Of a DNA stretch of 64,000 bases, positions 40,401-53,400 are shown in pieces. The notes below the pieces were generated by a model that searched no databases, was not told the DNA's origin, and saw only the letters and a list, made by a program, of their open reading frames with translations. This DNA comes from Eledone cirrhosa (taxonomy: Eukaryota). The position numbers and the translations under genes are program-made. The stretch spans positions 119,908,001-119,972,000 of the forward strand of contig OZ024744.1 of the NCBI GenBank assembly GCA_964016885.1, given 5' to 3'. Position 1 is the stretch's first letter, and the number at the start of each line of letters is the position of its first letter.

Positions 40401-42390
40401 ACATGTCATATTATCAGAGTTGTGATCTCTCAATTCAGTGATTCTTTCCTGAGATATTCTAACCAAATGTCATAGTATCAGATCTGTGATATCTCAATTC
40501 AGAGATTCTTTCCTGAGACATTCTTACCACATGTCATAGTATCAGAGCTGTGATCTCTCAATTCAGAGATTCTTTCCTGAGACATTCTAAGCTCGTCATA
40601 GTATCAGAGCTGTGATATCTCAATTCAGAGATTCTTTCCTGAGATATTCTAACCATATGTCATATTATTAGAGCTGTGATCTCTCAATTCAGAGATTCTT
40701 CCCTGAGAAATTCTAACCACATGTCTGTAGTATCAGAGCTGAATGCTCTCAATTCAGAGATTCTTTCCTGAGACATTCTAACCACATGTCATAGTATCGG
40801 AGCTGTGATCTCTCAATTCAGAGATTCTTTCCTGAGACATTCTAACCACATGTCATAGTATCAGAGCTGTGATCTCTCAATTCAGAGATTCTTTCCTGAG
40901 ACATTCTAACCACATGTCATAGTATCAGAGCTGTGATATCTCAATTCAGAGATTCTTTCCAGACACATTCTAACCACATGTCATAGTATCAGAGCTGTGA
41001 TCTCTCAATTTAGATATTCTTTCCTGAGATATTCTAACCACATGTCATAGTATTAGAGCTGTGATCTCTCAATTCAGAGATTCTTTCCTGAGACATTCTA
41101 ACCACATGTCTGTAGTATCAGAGCTGTATGCTCTCAATTCAGAGATTCTTTCCTGAGACATTCTAACCACATGTCATAGTATCGGAGCTGTGATCTCTCA
41201 ATTCAGAGATTCTTTCCTGAGATATTCTAACCACATGTCATAGTATCAGAGCTGTGACCTCTCTATTCAGAGATTCTTTCTTGAAACATTCTAACTCCAT
41301 GTCCACAGTATCAGAGCTGTGATCTCTCAATTTAGAGATTCTTTCCTGAGATATTCTAACTACATGTCATATTATCAGAGCTGTGATCTCTCAATTTAGA
41401 GATTCTTTCAAGAGATATTCTAATCACATGTCATAGTATCAGAGCTGTGATCTCTCAATTCAGAGATTCTTTCCTGAGACATTCTAACGACATGTAATAG
41501 TATTAGATCTGTGATCTCTCAATTTAGAGATTCTTTCCTGAGACATTCTAACTCCATGTCCACAGTATCAGAGCTGTGATCTCTATATTTAGAGATTCTT
41601 TCCTGTGATATTCTAACCACATGTCATAGTATTAGAGATGTGATCTCTCAATTCAGAGATTCTTTCCTGAGACATTCCAACCCCATGGCATAGTATCAGA
41701 GCTGTGATATCTCAATTCAGAGATTCTTTCCTGTGATATTCTAACCACATGTCATAGTATCAGAGCTGTGATCTCTCAATTCAGATTTTCTTTCCTGAGA
41801 CATTCTAACCACATGTCATAGGATCAGAGTTGTGATCTCTCAATTCAGAGATTCTTTCCTGAGATATTCTAACCACATGTCATAGTATCAGTGCTGTGAT
41901 CTCTCAATTCAGAGATTCTTTCATGAGATATTCTAACCACATGTCATAGTATCAGAACTGTGACCTCTCAATTCAGAGATTCTTTCCTGAGACATTCTAA
42001 CCACATGTCTGTAGTATCAGAGCTGTGTTCTCTCAATTCAGAGATTCTTTCCTGAGACATTCTAACCACATGTCTGTAGTATCTGAGCTGTTATCTCTCA
42101 ATTCAGAGATTCTTTCCTGAGATATTCTAACCACATGTCATAGTATCAGAGCTGTGATCTCTCAATTCAGATATTCTTTCCTGGGATATAGAATATATCA
42201 CATGTCATATTATCAGAGCTGTGATCTCTCAATTCAGATATTCTTTCCTGAGACATTCTAACCACATGTCATAGTATCAGAGCTGTGATCTCTCTATTCA
42301 GAGATTCTTTCCTGAGACATTCTAACCACATGTAATAGTATTAGATCTGTGATCTCTCAATTTAGAGATTCTTTCCTGAGACATTCTAAC
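24330..42390. repeat. Nested duplication: about 7.5-kb unit in two copies, the left copy expanded by internal 834-bp and 2,312-bp duplications
   Basis: GAGACCTACT at 26505/37173 (offset 10668). GTACCTGAG at 29931/32243/39765 (offsets 2312 and 7522). ORFs 28144/28978 and 30456/31290 (offset 834). 10668 = 7522 + 2312 + 834. Confidence 0.88.
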
Positions 42391-45300
42391 TCCATGTCCA
42401 CAGTATCAGAGCTGTGATCTCTCAATTTAGAGATTCTTTCCTGAGATATTCTAACCATATGTCATAGTATTAGAGATGTGATCTCTCAATTCAGAGATTC
42501 TTTCCTGCGACATTCTAAACACATGTCATAGTATCTGAGCTGTTATTCTCTCAATTCAGAGATTCTTTCCTGAGACATTCTAACCACATGTCATAGTATC
42601 AGAGCTGTGATCTCTCAATTCAGATATTCTTTCCTGAGACATTCTAACCACATGTCATAGGATCAGAGTTGTGATCTCTCAATTCAGAGATTCTTTCCTG
42701 AGATATTCTAACCACATGTCATAGTATCAGAGCTGTGACCTCTCAATTCAGAGATTCTTTCCTGAGACATTCTAACCACATGTCTGTAGTATCACATCTG
42801 TGATCTCTCAATTCAGAGATTCTTTCCTGAGACATTCTAACCACTTGTCTGTAGTATCAGAGCTGTGATCTCTGAATTCAGATATTCTTTCCTGAGACAT
42901 TCTAACCACATGTCATAGGATCAGAGTTGTGATCTCTCAATTCAGAGATTCTTTCCTGAGATATTCTAACCACATGTCATAGTATCAGAGCTGTGATCTC
43001 CCAATTCAGAGATTCTTTCCTGGGATATTCTAACCACATGTCATAGTATCAGAGCTGTGATCTCTCAATTCAGATATTCTTTCCTGAGACATTAAAGCCA
43101 CATGTCATAGGATCAGAGTTGTGATCTCTCAATTCAGAGATTCTTTCCTGAGATATTGTAAACACATGTCATATTATCAGAGCTGTGATCTCTCAATTCA
43201 GAGATTCTTTCATGGGATATAGAATATATCACATGTCATATTATCAGAGCTGTGATCTCTCAATTCAGATATTCTTTCCTGAGACATTCTAACCACATGT
43301 CATATTATCAGAGTTGTGATCTCTCAATTCAGTGATTCTTTCCTGAGATATTCTAACCAAATGTCATAGTATCAGATCTGTGATATCTCAATTCAGAGAT
43401 TCTTTCCTGAGACATTCTTACCACATGTCATAGTATCAGAGCTGTGATCTCTCAATTCAGAGATTCTTTCCTGAGACATTCTAAGCTCGTCATAGTATCA
43501 GAGCTGTGATATCTCAATTCAGAGATTCTTTCCTGAGACATTCTAACCACATGTCATAGTATCGGAGCTGTGATCTCTCAATTCAGAGATTCTTTCCTGA
43601 GACATTCTAACCACATGTCATAGTATCAGAGCTGTGATCTCTCAATTCAGAGATTCTTTCCTGAGACATTCTAACCACATGTCATAGTATCAGAGCTGTG
43701 ATATCTCAATTCAGAGATTCTTTCCAGACACATTCTAACCACATGTCATAGTATCAGAGCTGTGATCTCTGAATTTAGATATTCTTTCCTGAGATATTCT
43801 AACCACATGTCATAGTATTAGAGCTGTGATCTCTCAATTCAGAGATTCTTTCCTGAGACATTCTAACCACATGTCTGTAGTATCAGAGCTGTATGCTCTC
43901 AATTCAGAGATTCTTTCCTGAGACATTCTAACCACATGTCATAGTATCGGAGCTGTGATCTCTCAATTCAGAGATTCTTTCCTGAGATATTCTAACCACA
44001 TGTCATAGTATCAGAACTGTGATATCTCAATTCAGAGATTCTTTCCTGAGATATTCTAACCACATGTCATAGTTACAGAGCTGTGATCTCTCTATTCAGA
44101 GATCCTTTCTTGAAACATTCTAACTCCATGTCCACAGTATCAGAGCTGTGATCTCTCAATTTAGAGATTCTTTCCTGAGATATTCTAACTACATGTCATA
44201 TTATCAGAGCTGTGATCTCTCAATTTAGAGATTCTTTCAAGAGATATTCTAATCACATGTCATAGTATCAGAGCTGTGATCTCTCAATTCAGAGATTCTT
44301 TCCTGAGACATTCTAACGACATGTAATAGTATTAGATCTGTGATCTCTCAATTTAGAGATTCTTTCCTGAGACATTCTAACTCCATGTCCACAGTATCAG
44401 AGCTGTGATCTCTATATTTAGAGATTCTTGCCTGTGATATTCTAACCACATGTCATAGTATTAGAGATGTGATCTCTCAATTCAGAGATTCTTTCCTGAG
44501 ACATTCCAACCCCATGGCATAGTATCAGAGCTGTGATATCTCAATTCAGAGATTCTTTCCTGTGATATTCTAACCACATGTCATAGTATCAGAGCTGTGA
44601 TCTCTCAATTCAGATTTTCTTTCCTGAGACATTTTAACCACATGTCATAGGATCAGAGTTGTGATCTCTCAATTCAGAGATTCTTTCCTGAGATATTCTA
44701 ACCACATGTCATAGTATCAGTGCTGTGATCTCTCAATTCAGAGATTCTTTCATGAGATATTCTAACCACATGTCATAGTATCAGAACTGTGACCTCTCAA
44801 TTCAGAGATTCTTTCCTGAGACATTCTAACCACATGTCTGTAGTATCAGAGCTGTGTTCTCTCAATTCAGAGATTCTTTCCTGAGACATTCTAACCACAT
44901 GTCTGTAGTATCTGAGCTGTTATCTCTCAATTCAGAGATTCTTTCCTGAGATATTCTAACCACATGTCATAGTATCAGAGCTGTGATCTCTCAATTCAGA
45001 TATTCTTTCCTGGGATATAGAATATATCACATGTCATATTATCAGAGCTGTGATCTCTCAATTCAGATATTCTTTCCTGAGACATTCTAACCACATGTCA
45101 TAGTATCAGAGCTGTGATCTCTCTATTCAGAGATTCTTTCCTGAGACATTCTAACCACATGTAATAGTATTAGATCTGTGATCTCTCAATTTAGAGATTC
45201 TTTCCTGAGACATTCTAACTCCATGTCCACAGTATCAGAGCTGTGATCTCTCAATTTAGAGATTCTTTCCTGAGATATTCTAACCATATGTCATAGTATT

Positions 45301-47330
45301 AGAGATGTGATCTCTCAATTCAGAGATTCTTTCCTGCGACATTCTAAACACATGTCATAGTATCTGAGCTGTTATTCTCTCAATTCAGAGATTCTTTCCT
45401 GAGACATTCTAACCACATGTCATAGTATCAGAGCTGTGATCTCTCAATTCAGATATCCTTTCCTGAGACATTCTAACCACATGTCATAGGATCAGAGTTG
45501 TGATCTCTCAATTCAGAGATTCTTTCCTGAGATATTCTAACCACATGTCATAGTATCAGAGCTGTGACCTCTCAATTCAGAGATTCTTTCCTGAGACATT
45601 CTAACCACATGTCTGTAGTATCACATCTGTGATCTCTCAATTCAGAGATTCTTTCCTGAGACATTCTAACCACTTGTCTGTAGTATCAGAGCTGTGATCT
45701 CTGAATTCAGATATTCTTTCCTGAGACATTCTAACCACATGTCATAGGATCAGAGTTGTGATCTCTCAATTCAGAGATTCTTTCCTGAGATATTCTAACC
45801 ACATGTCATAGTATCAGAGCTGTGATCTCCCAATTCAGAGATTCTTTCCTGTGATATTCTAACCACATGTCATAGTATCAGAGCTGTGATCTCTCAATTC
45901 AGATATTCTTTCCTGAGACATTAAAGCCACATGTCATAGGATCAGAGTTGTGATCTCTCAATTCAGAGATTCTTTCCTGAGATATTGTAAACACATGTCA
46001 TATTATCAGAGCTGTGATCTCTCAATTCAGAGATTCTTTCATGGGATATAGAATATATCACATGTCATATTATCAGAGCTGTGATCTCTCAATTCAGATA
46101 TTCTTTCCTGAGACATTCTAACCACATGTCATATTATCAGAGTTGTGATCTCTCAATTCAGTGATTCTTTCCTGAGATATTCTAACCAAATGTCATAGTA
46201 TCAGATCTGTGATATCTCAATTCAGAGATTCTTTCCTGAGACATTCTTACCACATGTCATAGTATCAGAGCTGTGATCTCTCAATTCAGAGATTCTTTCC
46301 TGAGACATTCTAAGCTCGTCATAGTATCAGAGCTGTGATATCTCAATTCAGAGATTCTTTCCTGAGACATTCTAACCACATGTCATAGTATCGGAGCTGT
46401 GATCTCTCAATTCAGAGATTCTTTCCTGAGACATTCTAACCACATGTCATAGTATCAGAGCTGTGATCTCTCAATTCAGAGATTCTTTCCTGAGACATTC
46501 TAACCACATGTCATAGTATCAGAGCTGTGATATCTCAATTCAGAGATTCTTTCCAGACACATTCTAACCACATGTCATAGTATCAGAGCTGTGATCTCTG
46601 AATTTAGATATTCTTTCCTGAGATATTCTAACCACATGTCATAGTATTAGAGCTGTGATCTCTCAATTCAGAGATTCTTTCCTGAGACATTCTAACCACA
46701 TGTCTGTAGTATCAGAGCTGTATGCTCTCAATTCAGAGATTCTTTCCTGAGACATTCTAACCACATGTCATAGTATCGGAGCTGTGATCTCTCAATTCAG
46801 AGATTCTTTCCTGAGATATTCTAACCACATGTCATAGTATCAGAACTGTGATATCTCAATTCAGAGATTCTTTCCTGAGATATTCTAACCACATGTCATA
46901 GTTACAGAGCTGTGATCTCTCTATTCAGAGATCCTTTCTTGAAACATTCTAACTCCATGTCCACAGTATCAGAGCTGTGATCTCTCAATTTAGAGATTCT
47001 TTCCTGAGATATTCTAACTACATGTCATATTATCAGAGCTGTGATCTCTCAATTTAGAGATTCTTTCAAGAGATATTCTAATCACACGTCATAGTATCAG
47101 AGCTGTGATCTCTCAATTCAGAGATTCTTTCCTGAGACATTCTAACGACATGTAATAGTATTAGATCTGTGATCTCTCAATTTAGAGATTCTTTCCTGAG
47201 ACATTCTAACTCCATGTCCACAGTATCAGAGCTGTGATCTCTCAATTTAGAGATTCTTTCCTGTGATATTCTAACCACATGTCATAGTATTAGAGATGTG
47301 ATCTCTCAATTCAGAGATTCTTTCCTGAGA
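41260..47330. repeat. Tandem duplication, period 2,829 bp (44 monomers), about 2.1 periods
   Basis: GAAACATT at 41283/44112/46941, CATTCCAACCCC at 41673/44502, GCGACATTCTAAAC at 42507/45336 and ATTAAAGCC at 43091/45920, all with offset 2829. Confidence 0.92.
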
Positions 47331-47432
47331 CATTCTAACCCCATGTCTGTAGTATCAGAGCTGTATGCTCTCAATTCAGAGATTCTTTCCTAAGACATTC
47401 TAACCACATGTCATAGTATCTGAGCTGTTATC

Positions 47433-50400
47433 TCTCAATTCAGAGATTCTTTCCTGAGACATTCTAACCACATGGCATAGTATCAGAGCTGTGATATCTC
47501 AATTCAGAGATTCTTTCCTGTGATATTCTAACCACATGTCATAGTATCAGAGCTGTGATCTCTCAATTCAGATTTTCTTTCCTGAGACATTCTAACCACA
47601 TGTCATAGGATCAGAGTTGTGATCTCTCAATTCAGAGATTCTTTCCTGAGATATTCTAACCACATGTCATAGTATCAGAGCTGTGACCTCTCAATTCAGA
47701 GATTCTTTCCTGAGACATTCTAACCACATGTCTGTAGTATCAGAGCTGTGATCTCTCAATTCAGAGATTCTTTCCTGAGACATTCTAACCACATGTCTCT
47801 AGTATCTGAGCTGTTATCTCTCAATTCAGAGATTCTTTCCTGAGATATTCTAACCACATGTCATAGTATCAGAGCTGTGATCTCTCAATTCAGATATTCT
47901 TTCCTGGGATATAGAATATATCACATGTCATATTATCAGAGCTGTGATCTCTCAATTCAGTGATTCTTTCCTGAGATATTCTAACCAAATGTCATAGTAT
48001 CAGAGCTGTGATATCTCAATTCAGAGCTTCTTTCCTGAGACATTCTTACCACATGTCATAGTATCAGTGCTGTGATCTCTCAATTTAGAGATTCTTTCCT
48101 GAGACATTCTAACCACATGTCATAGTATCAGAACTGTGATTTCTCAATTCAGAGATTCTATCCTGAGACATTCTAACCACATGTCATAGTATAAGAGCTG
48201 TTCTCTCTAAATTTCGAGATTCTTTCATGAGATATTATAACCACATGTCATAGTATCAGAGCTGTGATCTATCAATTAAGAGATTCATTCCTGAGACATT
48301 CTAAGCTCGTCATAGTATCAGAGCTGTGATATCTCAATTCAGAGATTCTTTCCTGAGACATTCTAACCTCATGTCATAGTATCAGAGCTGTGATCTCACA
48401 ATTTAGATATTCTTTCCTGAGATATTCTAACCACATGTCATAGTATTAGAGCTGTGATCTCTCAATTCAGAGATTCTTTCCTGAGACATTCTAACCACAT
48501 GTCTGTAGTATCAGAGCTGTATACTCTCAATTCAGAGATTCTTTCCTGAGACATTCTAACCACATGTCATATTATCGGAGCTGTCATCTCTCAATTCAGA
48601 GATTCTTTCCTGAGACATTCTACCACATGTCATAGTATCAGAGCTGTGATCTCTCAATTCAGAGATGCTTTCCTGAGACATTCTAACCACATGACATAGT
48701 ATCAGAGCTGTGATCTCTCAATTCAGAGATTCTTTCCTGAGACATTCTAACCACATGTCATGGTATCAGAGCTGTTAAAACTCAATTGAGAGATTCTTTC
48801 CTGAGATATTTTAACCACATATCATAGTATCAGAGCTGTCATCTCTCAATTCAGAGATTCTCTCCTGAGACATTCTAACCGCATGTCATAGTATCAGAGC
48901 GGTGATCTCTCCATTTTGAGATTCTTTCATGAGATATTTTAACCACATATCATAGTATCAGAGCTGTCATCTCTCAATTCAGAGATTCTTTCCTAAGACA
49001 TTCTAACCACATGTCATAGTATCAGAGCTGTGATCTCTCAATTTAGAGATTCTTTCATGAAATATTCTAACCATATGTCATAATATCAGAACTATGATCT
49101 CTCAATTCAGAGATTCTTTCCTGAGACATTCTAACCACATGTCTGTAGTATCAGAGCTGTGATCTCTCAATTCAGAGATTCTTTCCTGATACATTCTTAC
49201 CACATGTCATAGTATCAGAGCTGTGATCTCTCAATTCAGAGATTCTTTCCTGAGACATTCTAACCACGTCATAGTATCAGAGCTGTGATATCTCAATTCA
49301 GAGATTCTTTCCTGAGACATTCTAATCACATGTCATAGTATCAGAGCTGTGATCTCTCAATTTAGATATTCTTTCCTGAGATATTCTAACCAAATGTCAT
49401 AGTATCAGATCTGTGATATCTCAATTCAGAGATTCTTTCCTGAGACATTCTTACCACATGTCATAGTATCAGAGCTGTGATCTCTCAATTTAGATATTCT
49501 TTCCTGAGATATTATAACCACATGTCATAGTATCAGAGCTGTGATCTCTCAATTCAGAGATTCTTTCCTGAGACATTCTAAGCTCGTCATAGTATCAGAG
49601 CTGTGATATCTCAATTCAGAGATTCTTTCCTCAGAGATTCTAACCACATGTCATAGTATCAGAGCTGTGATCTCTCAATTTAGATATTCTTTCCTGAGAT
49701 ATTCTAACCACATGTCACAGTATTAGAGCTGTGATCTCTCAATTCAGAGATTCTTCCCTGAGACATTCTAACCACATGTCTGTAGTATCAGAGCTGAATG
49801 CTCTCAATTCAGAGATTCTTCCCTGAGACATTCTAACCACATGTCATAGTATCGGAGCTGTGATCTCTCAATTCAGAGATTCTTTCCTGTGACATTCTAA
49901 CCACATGTCATAGTATCAGAGCTGTGATCTCTCAATTCAGAGATTCTTTCCTGAGACATTCTAACCACATGTCATAGTATCAGAGCTGTGATATCTCAAT
50001 TCAGAGATTCTTTCCTGACACATTCTAACCACATGTCATAGTATCAGAGCTGTGATCTCTCAATTCAGAGATTCTTTCCTGAGACATTCTAACCACATGT
50101 CTGTAGTATCAGAGCTGTATGCTCTCAATTCAGAGATTCTTTCCTGAGATATTCTAACCACATGTCATATTATCAGAGCTGTGATCTCTCAATTCAGATA
50201 TTCTTTCCTGAGACATTCTAACCACATGTCTGTAGTATCAGAGCTGTGATCTCTCAATTCAGAGATTCTTTCCTGAGACGTTCTAACCACATGTCACAGT
50301 ATCAGAGCTGTGATCTCTCAATTCAGAGATTCTTTCCTGGGATATTCTAACCACATGTCATAGTATCAGAGCTGTGATCTCTCAATTCAGAGATTCTTTC

Positions 50401-53400
50401 CTGAGACATTCTAACCACATCTCATAGTATCAGAGCTGTGATCTCTCAACTCAGATATTCTTTCCTGAGACATTCTAACCACATGTCATAGTATCAGAGC
50501 TGTGATATCTCAATACAGAGATTCTTTCCTGAGATATTCTAACCACATGTCATAGTATCAGAGCTGTGATCTCCCAATTCAGACATTATTTCCTGGTATA
50601 TTCTAACCACATGACATATTATCAGAGCTGTGATCTCTTAATTCAGATATTCTTTCCTGAGAGATTAAAGCCACATGTCATAGGATCAGAGTTGTGATCT
50701 CTCAATTCAGTGATTCTTTCCTGAGATATTGTCAACACATGTCATATTATCAGAGCTGTGATCTCTCAATTCAGAGATTCTTTCCTGAGATATAGAATAT
50801 ATCACATGTCATATTATCAGAGCTGTGATCTCTCAATTCAGAGATTCTTTCCTGAGACATTCTAACCACATGTCTGTAGTATCAGAGCTGTATGCTCTCA
50901 ATTCAGAGATTCTTTCCTGAGACATTCTAACCACATGTCATAGTATCGGAGCTATGATCTCTCAATTCAGAGATTCTTTTCTGAGACATTCTAACCACAT
51001 GTCATAGTATCAGAGCTGTGATATCTCAATTCAGAGATTCTTTCCTGAGACATTCTAACCACATGTCATAGTATCAGAGCTGTGATCTCTCAATTTAGAT
51101 ATTCTTTCCTGAGATATTCTAACCACATGTCATAGTATTAGAGCTGTGATCTCTCAATTCAGAGATTCTTTCCTGAGACATTCCAACCACATGTCTGTAG
51201 TATCAGAGCTGTATGCTCTCAATTCAGAGATTCTTTCCTGAGACATTCTAACCACATCTCATAGTATCGGAGCTGTGATCTCTCAATTCAGAGATTCTTT
51301 CCTGAGATATTCTAACCATATGTCATAGTATCAGAGCTGTGATATCTCAATTCAGAGATTCTTTCCTGAGATATTCTAACGAAATATAGTTACAGAGCTG
51401 TGATCTCTCTATTCAGAGATTCTTTCTTGAGACATTCTAACTCCATGTCCACAGTATCAGAGCTGTGATCTCTCAATTTAGAGATTCTTTCCTGAGATAT
51501 TCTAACCACATGGCATAGTATCAGAGCTGTGATATCTCAATTCAGAGATTCTTTCCTGAGATATTCTAACCACATGTCATAGTATCAGAGCTGTGATCTC
51601 TCAATTCAGATATTCTTTCCTGAGACATTCTAACCACATGTCATAGGATCAGAGTTGTGATCTCTCAATTCAGATATTCTTTCCTGAGATAGTCTAACCA
51701 CATGTCTGTAGTATCAGAGCTGTGATCTCTCAATTCAGAGATTCTTTCATGGGATATAGAATATATCACATGTCATATTATCAGAGCTGTGAGCTCTCAA
51801 TTCAGATATTCTTTCCTGAGATATTCTAACCACATGTCATATTATCAGAGTTGTGATCTCTCAATTCAGAGATTCTTTCCTGAGATATTCTAACCACATG
51901 TCATAGTATCAGAGCTGTGATCTCTAAATTCAGATATTCTTTCCTGAGACATTCTAACCACATGTCATAGGATCAGAGTTGTGATCTCTCAATTCAGAGA
52001 TTCTTTCCTGAGATATTCTAACCACATGTCATAGTATCAGAGCTGTGACCTCTCAATTCAGAGATTCTTTCCTGAGACAGTCTAACCACATGTCTGTAGT
52101 ATCAGAGCTGTGATCTCTCAATTCAGAGATTCTTTCCTGAGACATTCTAACCACATATCTGTAGTATCAGAGCTGTATGCTCTCAATTCAGAGATTCTTT
52201 CCTGAGACATTCTAACCACATGGCATAGTATCAGAGCTGTGATATCTCAATTCAGAGATTCTTTCCTGAGATATTCTAACCACATGTCATAGTATCAGAG
52301 CTGTGATCTCTCAATTCAGATTTTCTTTCCTGAGACATTCTAACCACATGTCATAGGATCAGAGTTGTGATCTCTCAATTCAGAGATTCTTTCCTGAGAT
52401 ATTCTAACCACATGTCATAGTATCAGAGCTGTGACCTCTCAATTCAGAGATTCTTTCCTGAGACATTCTAACCACATGTCTGTAGTATCAGAGCTGTGAT
52501 CTCTCAATTCAGAGATTCTTTCCTGAGACATTCTAACCACATGTCTCTAGTATCTGAGCTGTTATCTCTCAATTCAGAGATTCTTTCCTGAGATATTCTA
52601 ACCACATGTCATAGTATCAGAGCTGTGATCTCTCAATTCAGATATTCTTTCCTGGGATATAGAATATATCACATGTCATATTATCAGAGCTGTGATCTCT
52701 CAATTCAGTGATTCTTTCCTGAGATATTCTAACCAAATGTCATAGTATCAGAGCTGTGATATCTCAATTCAGAGCTTCTTTCCTGAGACATTCTTACCAC
52801 ATGTCATAGTATCAGTGCTGTGATCTCTCAATTTAGAGATTCTTTCCTGAGACATTCTAACCACATGTCATAGTATCAGAACTGTGATTTCTCAATTCAG
52901 AGATTCTATCCTGAGACATTCTAACCACATGTCATAGTATAAGAACTGTTCTCTCTAAATTTCGAGATTCTTTCATGAGATATTATAACCACATGTCATA
53001 GTATCAGAGCTGTGATCTATCAATTAAGAGATTCATTCCTGAGACATTCTAAGCTCGTCATAGTATCAGAGCTGTGATATCTCAATTCAGAGATTCTTTC
53101 CTGAGACATTCTAACCTCATGTCATAGTATCAGAGCTGTGATCTCTCAATTTAGATATTCTTTCCTGAGATATTCTAACCACATGTCATAGTATTAGAGC
53201 TGTGATCTCTCAATTCAGAGATTCTTTCCTGAGACATTCTAACCACATGTCTGTAGTATCAGAGCTGTATACTCTCAATTCAGAGATTCTTTCCTGAGAC
53301 ATTCTAACCACATGTCATATTATCGGAGCTGTCATCTCTCAATTCAGAGATTCTTTCCTGAGACATTCTACCACATGTCATAGTATCAGAGCTGTGATCT

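Noticed and set aside
48700-48850. Actual LTR retrotransposon insertion at the exact PBS match
   Set aside because: Both flanks are satellite monomers in register. There is no LTR, gag/pol, polypurine tract or target-site duplication.
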